Virus record (IMG/VR): IMGVR_UViG_3300034072_000758
Span: 434,001-498,000 of that record
Direction: 5' to 3' (one strand)
DNA: 64,000 nucleotides
The translations under genes were made by a program, and so were the position numbers. Below, one piece after another: positions 19,401 to 28,967 of the stretch. Every line of letters begins with the position of its first letter. Position 1 is the stretch's first letter. The notes beneath the pieces were generated by a model. It was not told the origin of the DNA. It saw only the letters and a list, made by a program, of their open reading frames with translations, and searched no databases.

Positions 19401-21763
19401 ATGCCAGTCAGCTTTTCGATGTTTGTTTCCTCAAACCCGCCGTAGAAACGAACAACACGATCCGCCGCAGCATTCGCCGCGATATTTTCTTTGACGTAAA
19501 CCGTAATGACCGTGTTCGCGTCATAAGAACCATTAAACAGAATTGTATTGCTCGTTATTGTGTAGTTCTTAACGACTTCGTTGTCAGCGAGCACTTCAAC
19601 GATCTTATTTGTTACGTCATAGTTGAGAGGAATGGATTGATTGTAAATGAAGCTCTCCTGAAAAACGACAGGAAGGTGGTCAATTCTATCAAAATTCAAA
19701 CCAATTTTGATAAAGCGCGTTGGGTTCCAAGATGCGGGAGTATATTCCGCAAGATCGCGGCCAGTTTTATTGTAATTAGCGTACCAAGTTTTCCAAGGTT
19801 CGGTTGTCTGAATGATTGTGAGATCACGAGCATTCTTCATATCCAACATGCGATATGAGTTCGTGGACTCGTCAAAATATGCTGGGAAATCGAAATCCAT
19901 AACCGACACCGCAGCGTTGTCGATGTCTGGCGAAACGATACGCGAGAACTCACGAACCTTAACACGATATGGCTTCACTTCGGTGATGTAATCAATGAGG
20001 TTTTGTGTGTTGTCGATAGGCTGAACTGGTACAGCCTTAAGTGGTTCGTTATATCCAATCAAATTTAGGAACGAGGTCTTGAAAGCCCAAGTGACCTGAT
20101 CTTGGCTCGAATGAATATAGTGAAGCATATCGTAGAACATTGTGTTTTGTTCTTCGATAGTCAAAATTTCACTTCTCAGCGTATCAATCAAATACTTCAA
20201 TTCAATCGAACCATCACGTTGGTTGAATTGATCAACGTCACCTTCAAACTTGATCAGGTCTTCGTCGTAGAATTTTTCAGAAAGCTCGATTGTACCGGAT
20301 TGTCTCGCCACAACGATCCACGCGCCGTCGATGTGTTCACACCATAGCCATTTGCCGTTATCGTCATCCAATACCTTGACGAATTTGTCTTTGTTATTTA
20401 CGAAAGAAACGTCGCGGTCTCTAATCGTATTATAAGTAACAGCAGGGGGATTCAAATATGAGTAACCCTCAGCGTACCAATCTACATAATTGAAGAAATC
20501 AACAGTTCTGTAATTCTGATAATTGATCAGTTCGTATGCTGTAGAATTGTATTCCCATACTGTCCAGAAATTGTGAGTTTCGCTGTTTGCGTTCACTAGA
20601 ACCTTGTAGCCTTGAGTTGGGTTCGGGATAGCATCGCGTTCTTCCAGCGTATCGACCACAATGTCGTAGGTCTTCACCGGAGAGAATACCAGACCCGGAT
20701 TATTGACCAAGAAGGAGCTTCCATATCCAGTCAAGGTTACGTTAGCAAAATAGGAGGCGGCTTGGCTATACGCACAATATCCGAAGCGAGAAGGACCATA
20801 GAACGGTGAGTTCGATGGAATCTCGTATTCAAGCGCAGTATTATCGTCCAGAGAGCCATTTTTTTGCGACGTTCGAATCGTGACACGATTACTGGCACGG
20901 ACCACTTCGATTTGTATTTCGCCCAGAGCGTTCCATCCACCGCCTTCTGGCAAAATAGTATTATGGCCATTCACGAGAATGGTCTTGGTTGTCCCGGCGT
21001 AATACACAAGGCTCCATGCCTCAGATACATTGCTCCCTTTGACCGCACGATTTGCGATCAAGCTATGAGGGACGCCATTGACTTCGGCAAAAGCTACCAC
21101 AAGACCAATAACGTCATCATCCCCGTTGGTGCTACCTACGGTAACGGTATGCTTGTAGTTCGACAAAGCATTCGGTGAAACGAAACCAATCATGTTGGCG
21201 CTGTTCACAGTGGTTTCGAAACGGTTATTGACGAAATCCCAAGAAAGCGCTTCGTTTCCCGGTGGAATCACACCAGCATTAATGAAATATTGATTTCCGT
21301 TAAATCTCCCCCAAGTATTGAAGATTTCGGATTGTGTAGGCGTCTGAACAACGTCTTCGTCATTGGCATCTTCTGGGATGTTTTCGGTCGATGCTTCCCA
21401 CACACTCCACTGAGGATCATCGACATTGCTAACGCCGTCCACAAGAATTTTATATTTGTTTCCCGCGATTATGGAAGAAACAAAATTTGGATCGAGCAAC
21501 AGATCATTGCGCTCCTGATAACTGTAGACCTTGTGATCATAAGTCGTTTCTGGTGGAAGTTGTTCAATATATTTTTTACCTTCGGCGCGTCTCCACACGA
21601 GATATTCCGAATAGGGAGTCGTGGCTACCAAGCTATCAATGTACGAAGACCTTTCGATAACGAAAGCTTCTTTCGCAAATATGTTATTAGCTATTTTAAC
21701 AAAGGCTTTTCTTGCGACGGTGAAGTCTGTGATAGAAAATATGCCACGATTCAATTCATTCAT
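16442..21763 (-). CDS. large baseplate wedge-like virion protein (1773 aa)
   Basis: W.FKTSF, YI.EVKPYRVKVREF, IWINGERIEF..L.GLRRGT..T motifs recalled from jumbo-phage wedge proteins; late promoter. Confidence 0.75.
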   Translation of the reverse strand: MNELNRGIFSITDFTVARKAFVKIANNIFAKEAFVIERSSYIDSLVATTPYSEYLVWRRAEGKKYIEQLPPETTYDHKVYSYQERNDLLLDPNFVSSIIAGNKYKILVDGVSNVDDPQWSVWEASTENIPEDANDEDVVQTPTQSEIFNTWGRFNGNQYFINAGVIPPGNEALSWDFVNNRFETTVNSANMIGFVSPNALSNYKHTVTVGSTNGDDDVIGLVVAFAEVNGVPHSLIANRAVKGSNVSEAWSLVYYAGTTKTILVNGHNTILPEGGGWNALGEIQIEVVRASNRVTIRTSQKNGSLDDNTALEYEIPSNSPFYGPSRFGYCAYSQAASYFANVTLTGYGSSFLVNNPGLVFSPVKTYDIVVDTLEERDAIPNPTQGYKVLVNANSETHNFWTVWEYNSTAYELINYQNYRTVDFFNYVDWYAEGYSYLNPPAVTYNTIRDRDVSFVNNKDKFVKVLDDDNGKWLWCEHIDGAWIVVARQSGTIELSEKFYDEDLIKFEGDVDQFNQRDGSIELKYLIDTLRSEILTIEEQNTMFYDMLHYIHSSQDQVTWAFKTSFLNLIGYNEPLKAVPVQPIDNTQNLIDYITEVKPYRVKVREFSRIVSPDIDNAAVSVMDFDFPAYFDESTNSYRMLDMKNARDLTIIQTTEPWKTWYANYNKTGRDLAEYTPASWNPTRFIKIGLNFDRIDHLPVVFQESFIYNQSIPLNYDVTNKIVEVLADNEVVKNYTITSNTILFNGSYDANTVITVYVKENIAANAAADRVVRFYGGFEETNIEKLTGIKDDRIDGGSFTDEKDFTILDQDGDDTINEQDGFQMERNNPEELVAPSVSDTLSIDVFMSGGASMPVQGYHDILSNGTVHLVSYTENADVVVPFADGKRISPSLYSVDHGNKTVVISNTPADTITLRTFSELTAGANVQIEVFNYHANSTYVIGNNSQAPETLFVDVNGLRLNPDEYTVTGSSVVMTAVLSAGDEIQITYLTDPNAAGMATSLVNDENSVVLSLNGPTYTWISVDGVYQDAANPLDIPYPEEQDEAYLFVANAVANSADISSVWSHTPIHLSLDGSTAVFIRFRNDDTTFSFQNVNTGTITYESVANVTIHADSPASSVPHDFYQSITFAVGIPDTNYFVVGGSCVPTGYGSYSPWFILYEVDTVNQVPVRVGGIVYRINDLTGIGPSINCIHLDQDTGSFFVSATTGYSVSRLQLFKLPPIAQWNDQVYVPSATDDTVIANTTQWLNDSYTLVMAGRDDGKGVILPNYANGTMEMRYYYYISKNRVQFAHEEYVSADIANGGTSVTWSNICPHVKNNMFAYPNGWMGYVPFSTPGAECTVDTQFDTIFGSYMANTDLCFDGTVIDTSDNNFTVNVGYTELFTTKKLDADTYRLVMRKEMGGVHNSNIGFAIQADVVTYDTQAAEFTYMSNVAGPTLDTVSWFAGTSSDRYTYGKHGPTVFMDQAGDIFEAFGVNEYNKLHRVVIRIGDYIPPSTDEYIPNIVVTVFDAPLITPESYKLSLTRPAYDLFNPKETGDYDAGGVEEYSFDTGVVGAVENDIPILVAREDSFRLIDMTSSVATLSQPLYLNNSTIYLSVTGDLIPPRVIDVQALDGSITQQDRCGVIWINGERIEFDNITVNGGVTELSGLRRGTHNTSVGNERIFKVSAAGNGSNKSFTMMGVNSMDGLSVAVYEPLVYANGTLITSDGYTGFPVLSAKTFTVDYTVTTTSSGLTVNFKKAPNFGTTVYLIKKFEQSYYDTGTPVYDGLIFISDQNRV

Positions 21764-21850
21764 AGTTATATTTATTTCTCAAAAAGGCTTGACTTTTTGA
21801 TTTCATAGATGGATACTGAGCACAGTCTTAATTTTCCACATTAGGGAAAC

Positions 21851-22057
21851 ATGTCCAGAAAGAAGCCTACCAAGCTCACAATGTCGCAAAAGACGGCGTT
21901 GAACAACATTCGTCAGAAGTTCGGTGAACCCAAATTTATCTATTATCAGGGTAACTATACCTACTGCGAATTTGCCACGGTCCTATACAAGTGGGACGCG
22001 CGGTCTGAGAAATGGCTTCAAGAGGGCGAGATTTCGGCTCAGGCTGAAACGGCCTAA
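21851..22057 (+). CDS. hypothetical protein
   Basis: First ORF after the promoter at 21789. Confidence 0.6.
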   Translation: MSRKKPTKLTMSQKTALNNIRQKFGEPKFIYYQGNYTYCEFATVLYKWDARSEKWLQEGEISAQAETA

Positions 22058-22062
22058 TAAGG

Positions 22063-23820
22063 ATGTCCACTATGATCAAAGTTGCCTCAGTGCAATTCAA
22101 TCCCGTTGTCGGCGACGTATTCGGCAATGCGGAGCGTATGCTTCAACTATACATTGAAGCGGCAAAGACCGCCGATCTGGTAGTCTTCCCCGAATGCTCC
22201 ATCAGTGGGTATCCCATCGAAGACCTCGCGTTGAAGGCGGATTTCATCGACAGATGTATCGAAGCGCGAAAATCATTCATTGATGCCGTGTATCTTTCCA
22301 AGGAAAAGGCCGGTGTCATTTTCGGATGCCCCAACCTAAACACCAATGGTAAAACCACAAACTCCGCATTCGCGGTCGATCCGGTTCACCAAGACTATTC
22401 GATCTTTGATAAACAACGCCTCCCGAATTATGGCGTGTTCGATGAAGTCCGTACTTTTGCCCCAGCAACCAAGCCTCAACCAACATGGCAGTTCCGCGAT
22501 CTCAAGATCGGCATTCTGATCTGCGAAGATGCGTGGCATTCCGGTTCGTTGAGCGGATGTATTGGTGAGCATTTCCCCAACCTGATGATCAGCATCAATG
22601 GTTCGCCGTTCGAAATCGGCAAGAATGTCATCCGCAAGAATGTAATCGTAGATCGTATCCACGAACTGTTCGAAGTCGGTGATGCGTTCGGCGTCCCCTT
22701 CGTCTATACCAACATGGTTGGTGGTCAAGACGAGATCGTATTTGATGGTAATTCGTTTGTCATCGACAAGAATGGCTACCGGGCTGTGCCTACCTTCGAA
22801 GAAGGTGTTCACTATTTCGATGTCTCGCTGGACTCGTTCCAACCGGGCGTTTACGATGTCGAGCCTTCCAGCATTGCCGATGTCTACAAATGTCTTGTCA
22901 CCGGCACGAGAGATTTCTTCGGAAAGCAAGGTTTCGTGTCCGGCGTTCTCGGCTATTCAGGTGGTGTAGATTCGGGTCTGGTGGCCGCTATCCTTGTGGA
23001 TGCGCAAGGACCGAAAAATGCCAATCTCGTGTCTCTTCCGTCGAAGTTCTCGGACCAAGCCTCGAAAGACGATGCCTTGGAAGGCGCTATTCGTTTGGGC
23101 GCTAACTATCGGTCGATCAGCATTGAACCGATTGTCCAAGCCCTACGCGATGCCTACAAGCCGTCTGAATACAATCCAAACAGCATGTCCATGATGAATG
23201 GCGCTCGTAAAAATACTGGCACGATCTTCACCACGGACCCGGAGTTGAGCAACTATTCGGGTGAACTGACCGGCGTGGCGGACGAAAACATCCAAGCTCG
23301 TGCTCGTGGTAATATCCTGATGGCTATCTCTAACCAAGAAGGCCACATGGTTCTGTCCACCGGTAATAAGTCGGAAGTGAGCCTCGGTTTCTGTACGATT
23401 TATGGTGACATGTCGGGTGGTTACAACCCGATCAAGGATTGCCCGAAGACGCTGGTATGGGCGCTATGTTTGTGGCGAAATCAAGCTGATCCGGCTGAAT
23501 ACGGCTTCCTTGGTCCCAAGGGTGAAGTTGTTCCGCAAGAGATCATCGACAAAAAGCCGGACGCTGGCTTGGCTGAAAATTCCAAAGGCGATCCGTTCGA
23601 CTACCGCAACATCACCGATCCAATCCTCAATATTTTGGTGGACAAGGCCGGTTCGGTTCAAGACGTGATCGATGCTGGTTTTGATCCTGCGGAAGCACAG
23701 CGCCACTACAAGCTTCTTCTGCGCTCGGAATACAAGCGCCGCCAAGCATGTCCCGGCATCAAGATCACTTCCAAATTACACGGGCGGGATCGACGTATCC
23801 CAATCGTCTATCGAGAATAA
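22063..23820 (+). CDS. nadE: glutamine-dependent NAD+ synthetase
   Basis: Nitrilase triad VFPE / K..LPNYGVFDE / ICEDAW; synthetase SGGVDS, ENIQARARG, LSTGNKSE, EYKRRQ..PGIK. Confidence 0.96.
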   Translation: MSTMIKVASVQFNPVVGDVFGNAERMLQLYIEAAKTADLVVFPECSISGYPIEDLALKADFIDRCIEARKSFIDAVYLSKEKAGVIFGCPNLNTNGKTTNSAFAVDPVHQDYSIFDKQRLPNYGVFDEVRTFAPATKPQPTWQFRDLKIGILICEDAWHSGSLSGCIGEHFPNLMISINGSPFEIGKNVIRKNVIVDRIHELFEVGDAFGVPFVYTNMVGGQDEIVFDGNSFVIDKNGYRAVPTFEEGVHYFDVSLDSFQPGVYDVEPSSIADVYKCLVTGTRDFFGKQGFVSGVLGYSGGVDSGLVAAILVDAQGPKNANLVSLPSKFSDQASKDDALEGAIRLGANYRSISIEPIVQALRDAYKPSEYNPNSMSMMNGARKNTGTIFTTDPELSNYSGELTGVADENIQARARGNILMAISNQEGHMVLSTGNKSEVSLGFCTIYGDMSGGYNPIKDCPKTLVWALCLWRNQADPAEYGFLGPKGEVVPQEIIDKKPDAGLAENSKGDPFDYRNITDPILNILVDKAGSVQDVIDAGFDPAEAQRHYKLLLRSEYKRRQACPGIKITSKLHGRDRRIPIVYRE

Positions 23821-23848
23821 AAAAAGGGGCCGAAAGGCCCTTTTTTCA
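23818..23848. terminator. bidirectional intrinsic terminator
   Basis: AAAAAAGGGGCC-GAAA-GGCCCTTTTTT between convergent genes. Confidence 0.85.
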
Positions 23849-24211
23849 TAATGATAATAATAGTGTGATCAGAAAATCATCAATTTCGGTCTCTTCACCA
23901 GTAACATACATTTTATAGCTGGTGACAATATCTCTACCGTATGGTGGATGATATTTGAATGTTGGATCAAACCGAATAACGAATTTATCAGTCTCAAATT
24001 CAGTTATAGCGTGATAAATATCTCTATCAGGGTTGACCATATTATCGGCTATCGAGAATAGAAAATTTATATCCCTGTGAATTACCCAAAGATAAAATAT
24101 ATTATCTTTGGGTAATGTGGTTGCGATTTTACCGAGCACCATTTGCTCCCACACGGTCCTATACAGCGTGTGGCACTTTTCAGCATCATCGAATGTTTTG
24201 GTTATAATCAT
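23846..24211 (-). CDS. hypothetical protein, shared C-terminal motif
   Basis: AT-rich 121 aa, ends EETEIDDFLITLLLSL. Confidence 0.65.
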   Translation of the reverse strand: MIITKTFDDAEKCHTLYRTVWEQMVLGKIATTLPKDNIFYLWVIHRDINFLFSIADNMVNPDRDIYHAITEFETDKFVIRFDPTFKYHPPYGRDIVTSYKMYVTGEETEIDDFLITLLLSL

Positions 24212-24354
24212 TTTTCAAGTATGCCACATTTTCTTACTTAATCAAGAATTTCAACAAAATAAATCCCTTGCCCTCAGTTAACGTTAATGCTACGTTAACC
24301 ACAAATCTACATTGTGTGGATTGTGTCTGCCAGTAATCAGTAAGAGAGTAGAGT

Positions 24355-25710
24355 ATGCCTCCATTTTTATGGATTGTAATCCCGGTAGCGGTTGTTGCCT
24401 TCTTGGTCATCACCGCGATCCTGTTGTCGTTCGCATGGCGCGTTGTCGTTGATACGAACAAGGTCCACATCGTTCAGTCTCGCAAAAAGACAACCAGCTA
24501 CGGCGTCGGCGCTGAACACGGTAACGTCTATTACCGCGTCCCATCATTCATCCCGGTTTGGGGTGTTACAACCATCGAGCTTCCAGTCAGCAACTTTGAT
24601 CTGTCTCTGAACAGCTATAAAGCATATGACAAAGACCGCGTTCCGTTCGAACTCGACATTACCGCGTTCATGCGTATCGCTGACACCAATACCGCCGCAG
24701 CGCGCGTTTCCAGCTTCACCGACTTGAAGACCCAACTCCAATCGGTCGTACAAGGCGCTGTTCGTAAAATTCTGTCGTCCTATGACATCAACACTGTTAT
24801 GGGTGATCGCTCGACTTTCGGTCAACAATTCACTGACGAAGTAAAAGCCGAACTCGCCAATTGGGGCGTTGAGCCGGTTAAGAACCTCGAACTGATGGAC
24901 ATCCGTGACTCGGACGGCTCTAAGGTAATCGCTAACATCATGGCGAAGAAGACCTCGTTCATCGAAATGGAATCCCGCGTCGAAGTCGCCAAGAACCAGC
25001 AAGCCGCTAAGGAAGCTGAAATCGCTGCCGGTCAAGCCGTTCTCATTCGTGAGCAAGAAGCCCAACAACAAGTTGGTGAACGTACTGCGCAGCAAGAGCG
25101 CGCTACGGGTATCGCCAAAGAAAAGTCTCGCCAAGACATACAGCAAGAAGCCGCTATCACCAAAGAGCGCGAAATGGAAGTTCTTTCGGTTGAAACCCAG
25201 CGTAATGCTGAAATCACCAAAAAGGCTCAAGTCGTTCTGGCTGAACAGCAACGCGATACTGACGTTATTAAAGCTGAGGCTCAAAAGAAGACCACAGTTC
25301 TGATCTCCGAAGGTAATCTCCAAGAAGCTAAGCTCACCGCCGAAGGTATCAAGGCAAAGGGTGAGGCCGAAGCTGCTGCGAAGCAAGCGATGGAAACCGC
25401 TCCGGTTCAAGCTCAAATCCTGCTGGCGCAGGAAATTGGTGAAAACCAAGGCTACCAAAAGTACCTTATCGATCTGCGTGAGGTAGAAGCCTCTCAGGTG
25501 GTTGGTGTGGCTCAGGCCGCTGCCCTCCAAAAGGCTGAGATCAAGATCATCGCCAACAACGACACTGCTTCTAAGGGTCTGAACTCGGTCGGTGAACTGT
25601 TCTCGTCCACGGGCGGCACAAAGCTCGGTGCTATGGTCGAAGGCTTCGCTCAGACCGAAGAAGGCCGCAAGCTGATCGACAAGTTTATCGGTAAGGGCGG
25701 CGCTGCTTAA
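24355..25710 (+). CDS. SPFH/band 7 (flotillin-like) membrane protein
   Basis: N-terminal TM, SPFH domain, long Ala/Glu/Gln coiled coil; strong codon bias. Confidence 0.9.
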   Translation: MPPFLWIVIPVAVVAFLVITAILLSFAWRVVVDTNKVHIVQSRKKTTSYGVGAEHGNVYYRVPSFIPVWGVTTIELPVSNFDLSLNSYKAYDKDRVPFELDITAFMRIADTNTAAARVSSFTDLKTQLQSVVQGAVRKILSSYDINTVMGDRSTFGQQFTDEVKAELANWGVEPVKNLELMDIRDSDGSKVIANIMAKKTSFIEMESRVEVAKNQQAAKEAEIAAGQAVLIREQEAQQQVGERTAQQERATGIAKEKSRQDIQQEAAITKEREMEVLSVETQRNAEITKKAQVVLAEQQRDTDVIKAEAQKKTTVLISEGNLQEAKLTAEGIKAKGEAEAAAKQAMETAPVQAQILLAQEIGENQGYQKYLIDLREVEASQVVGVAQAAALQKAEIKIIANNDTASKGLNSVGELFSSTGGTKLGAMVEGFAQTEEGRKLIDKFIGKGGAA

Positions 25711-25733
25711 TTCACTCAACAAAGTGAATTTGT

Positions 25734-25761
25734 AAAGGCGGGGAGAAATCTCCGCCTTTTT
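25734..25761 (+). terminator. intrinsic terminator
   Basis: AAAGGCGGGGA-GAAA-TCTCCGCCTTTTT. Confidence 0.85.
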
Positions 25762-25898
25762 AATGTAAAAATACGGTTAAAAAATATCGTTAAAAAATAC
25801 GAATTAAATTGAATCTCCCAAAAACACTTGATACATTAGAGTTAACTTGATGACAGTCATCAAGCCTGTAACAAGCTAATCCAAGGATTAACAAGCAA

Positions 25899-26159
25899 AT
25901 GTCGAACATCGTACAAGAACTGAACAACGGCCTCGTGTCGGTTTCCTTCACCAAGGCTGACGGCTCGCTGCGCGCCATGAAGGCCACCCTGAGCACCAAC
26001 GTTTCGGAAGCCAAGGCTCTGATCGAAGCCGCTCAAGCCGCTGGCACCCTGAACACAACTCCTTCGGCTTCGGGCCAAATCTCGGTCGTTGAAGTCACCG
26101 ACGCTGGTGTCGCTCAATGGCGCTCGCTGAATGTCAACACGGCGAAGATCACCGCCTAA
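25899..26159 (+). CDS. small SH3/Sm-like beta-barrel phage protein (DUF2693-like)
   Basis: V.VSFTKADGSLR.M.ATL ... QWRS motif; AAGGA RBS. Confidence 0.7.
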   Translation: MSNIVQELNNGLVSVSFTKADGSLRAMKATLSTNVSEAKALIEAAQAAGTLNTTPSASGQISVVEVTDAGVAQWRSLNVNTAKITA

Positions 26160-26198
26160 TTGACAAGAAAGTCTTTCCTAGACTTCATGTTAAAACTC

Positions 26199-26229
26199 AA
26201 AGACTCTCGGTATTCCGAGGGTCTTTTTT
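26199..26229 (+). terminator. intrinsic terminator
   Basis: AAAGACTCTCGG-TATT-CCGAGGGTCTTTTTT. Confidence 0.85.
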
Positions 26230-26297
26230 ATGTTTACTTGACATCAACATATTCTGTGATACTATAGGTTCATAAAATATAATCTAGGAGCTTACAT

Positions 26298-26888
26298 ATG
26301 ACTGATGAACGCCGAGTATCAAATATCGAATTTTGTATATCTCGCATGGAAAAGGAATGTCAAATCTTCCAAGCGGCTGGTACTAATCTGACCCCGGCTC
26401 ACCTTCTTCAAGTCATGATCAAGGCCGAGGTCTATGATTATTCGCTGATCGTCACGTCGCGCACCGGCAAGGCTTCTGGTTTCAAAGTCACCGTCGATAG
26501 TTCGGTTGACATGCGCCTGATCTACAACATCAATTTCAAGAATGACGTTTTCGATCTCAAGCTGGACATGATGGATACCAAAGATATGAAGGTGACCACC
26601 ACGAACAGCCAAGGCGACGATGTGACGGAAATTCGCAGTGTGCGTATCCTGTATTTTGTCAACAAGCTGGATCGTCATTCAGAGCGTCATCACCGGGATG
26701 CCATCAATATCGCCATGTCGATGTTCGATGAAGACGTGAACCGCGATGATCGCCACACCATTCGCCTTCTGGAACGAGTTCGTTCCTATACCAATCCTCA
26801 ATCGGCGGTCGGCGAAGAAAAGCGTAGCCAGTGGGTTGGCTCTAACGGCGAACGTTTCGAGAAACACAAAGGAAAGAGGATCGCATGA
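26298..26888 (+). CDS. hypothetical protein
   Basis: AGGAG RBS after the promoter at 26238. Confidence 0.7.
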   Translation: MTDERRVSNIEFCISRMEKECQIFQAAGTNLTPAHLLQVMIKAEVYDYSLIVTSRTGKASGFKVTVDSSVDMRLIYNINFKNDVFDLKLDMMDTKDMKVTTTNSQGDDVTEIRSVRILYFVNKLDRHSERHHRDAINIAMSMFDEDVNRDDRHTIRLLERVRSYTNPQSAVGEEKRSQWVGSNGERFEKHKGKRIA

Positions 26889-27052
26889 AATCGGACGCAT
26901 ACAAAGAGGGCTACGACTACTGTGGTCATCATGGGCCAAACTTTCAAGCCAACCCATATCCCAAAGGCTCTCAGGAAGCCGAGGATTGGCGTGATGGGGT
27001 TTGGCGCTGTGTCAACGAAGACGACGCCGAACATCGCGGAAGGGGCGGCTAA
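26885..27052 (+). CDS. ribosome modulation factor (Rmf)-like protein (55 aa, not in ORF track)
   Basis: AYKEGY..CG.......NPY......EDWRDGVW matches the GY.AG......PY......W..GW pattern; coupled to both neighbours. Confidence 0.55.
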   Translation: MKSDAYKEGYDYCGHHGPNFQANPYPKGSQEAEDWRDGVWRCVNEDDAEHRGRGG

Positions 27053-27318
27053 TGAAGATCGTTCTGGAACAGCTTCCTAACTACCAAATGGTCACGCATG
27101 GTGGCGATTTCCTCGCGCGGCGTTTCGCCATTCTGATCAACGATGTTGTCGTTGACGAGTTCATGGAACGGGGTGCGCCCCACTACTATGTATCCACCAT
27201 GTTCGAAAAGCTTATTCGTGATCGGATCGGCGTCTACGAACTGGCTCTCGGTATCAAAGCCGAAGAAATAGTCATCACACCAGCCGAAGAGTTTAGAAAA
27301 TGGAGGAATTTTCAATGA
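27052..27318 (+). CDS. hypothetical protein
   Basis: TAATG-coupled start MKIVLEQ. Confidence 0.6.
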   Translation: MKIVLEQLPNYQMVTHGGDFLARRFAILINDVVVDEFMERGAPHYYVSTMFEKLIRDRIGVYELALGIKAEEIVITPAEEFRKWRNFQ

Positions 27319-27515
27319 TGGGTTACACCAAAGCCACCGATTTCATGCGTGATAATGTGTCGGGTAATCTGGTCAAGCGTGGCGATACGACCAAGAGTGG
27401 CGGGCTGGTTTACTATATGGAAACCGGCCCCGCATATCGTCTGTCCGCTAAGGAAGCGGAAGTCCTCGGACGATACAACTTTCGCCCCCGTTTCGTAGAA
27501 GGAGCTACCAAGTGA
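27315..27515 (+). CDS. hypothetical protein
   Basis: GGAGG RBS before ATG 27315. Confidence 0.55.
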   Translation: MMGYTKATDFMRDNVSGNLVKRGDTTKSGGLVYYMETGPAYRLSAKEAEVLGRYNFRPRFVEGATK

Positions 27516-27844
27516 TCGTCATGAACCAATATTTCTTTCTGGGGCCGAACGCGATCATTCATAACTTCTATGATCCAGAAATCCAAACGGCGGCTCAGAT
27601 GTCTCGCGGCATGGCCATCGAACTCGGTGAAGTTCCCCCGGCCTACAGCGAAGACCCGATCATTGTCACGCCTGATGCGTATATCGCTAAGAACGAGTTC
27701 GACCGCGATGACTTGTTCTTCGGCGATACTAACTTCGTCCCCGAATATCTTCTGTGGGAAGGTGGCGACGGTAAGACTTACGTGGTTCACATCAAGGACT
27801 GCTATCGAGCCACCGACATGGTTTGTATGGGTCTTCTGAATTAG
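27512..27844 (+). CDS. hypothetical protein
   Basis: GTGA-coupled operon end. Confidence 0.6.
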   Translation: MIVMNQYFFLGPNAIIHNFYDPEIQTAAQMSRGMAIELGEVPPAYSEDPIIVTPDAYIAKNEFDRDDLFFGDTNFVPEYLLWEGGDGKTYVVHIKDCYRATDMVCMGLLN

Positions 27845-28896
27845 AAGTCGGCCTTCGGCTTCAATACCTGTGACAAATTCTGACGCTGTTTGATTTCATA
27901 TCCATCACGGAACGTAGTCATCTTGTCGTTCGACAGGTAGTCTTTCAGGATGCGGTGCGCAGCTTCCCACTCGTATTCGCGGTACGCCACTTCCTTGATC
28001 TTCCAAGCGCTGCTAACGCGCTGGAACAGGGTTGATGGCATGTAGTCGGTACGCAGGAAGAAATCGCCTTCCTGAGCCACGTCTGGGAACGCATGACCAG
28101 AACCAATCAGTTGAGCACCATTAGGCGGAATGCCATCACCCGCAAAAATCCAAGGGTTCTGTAAACCATCCTCAGAACCGGGGATGTAGTAGAACTGCTG
28201 GGTTTCGAAGTTTCTACGAATGAAATTCGCCTTGGCGTTCTCAACGACTTGTTCGTTGATCTCGAACTCCTTAGTCGCGGTGGATAGAATGTCTCCCAGA
28301 GTGTCGGATGTATCCAACCCAAATGGATCGGTGGCCTGTTTATCCAAAATATCTTGGTATTCCTGAGAGGCCGTCATGGGCTTCACTTGGATACGCCATA
28401 TGTGAGGATACCAAGTAGACGAATAACCATCAGCGGCCTTGTCGGCTTCCTTCACGACATAAAACTTGTTGGCTGGCTTCGCGGTCGGTGAGGTGTTATC
28501 GCGGCGGTGTGGAAGCTCTATAACGTCCCCGGCGATGATACGACGACCAAGACGGGCGATCAGATCATTTAGATGGAACTCAATAAACAGCGTATCGGAC
28601 TCAAACATCATCCCGAACTGAGACAAACTGAAATCCGTCTCGTCGTTGATTTGATAGATACCGCGTGTCTCATACACGGTATCCGAATATTTTCTATCGC
28701 GGTTTTCCAAGTATAACGGGTCTTGAATACTGGTAATATTCGTGACGGTTGAGTTAGACGTTTGGTCGTACACACCTTCATATAGGTGAACATATACCGC
28801 AGTACCAGACACCGTGAAAAATTCCGAGATCACCCTATCGGAGAACTTGAAATCGTTTCCTTTTTTACCACTATTCCAGAGAGTTATACGAGCCAT
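27841..28896 (-). CDS. neck/head-closure protein (T4 gp14-like)
   Basis: LENRDRKY, FSLSQFG, DTLFIEFH, LGRRII.GDVIELPH, WYPHIWR; full TATAAATA late promoter. Confidence 0.7.
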   Translation of the reverse strand: MARITLWNSGKKGNDFKFSDRVISEFFTVSGTAVYVHLYEGVYDQTSNSTVTNITSIQDPLYLENRDRKYSDTVYETRGIYQINDETDFSLSQFGMMFESDTLFIEFHLNDLIARLGRRIIAGDVIELPHRRDNTSPTAKPANKFYVVKEADKAADGYSSTWYPHIWRIQVKPMTASQEYQDILDKQATDPFGLDTSDTLGDILSTATKEFEINEQVVENAKANFIRRNFETQQFYYIPGSEDGLQNPWIFAGDGIPPNGAQLIGSGHAFPDVAQEGDFFLRTDYMPSTLFQRVSSAWKIKEVAYREYEWEAAHRILKDYLSNDKMTTFRDGYEIKQRQNLSQVLKPKADF

Positions 28897-28967
28897 ATTT
28901 GTATTTATATTGAAGAAAACCCCCGAACGTGTTATCTAAATATAGCATTGTTCGGAGACTGGCGCTC

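Noticed and set aside
24544-25722. 392-aa antisense ORF, and similar ones at 11024, 29436, 50908 and 55431
   Set aside because: Shadow frames opposite strongly codon-biased genes with clear family motifs.
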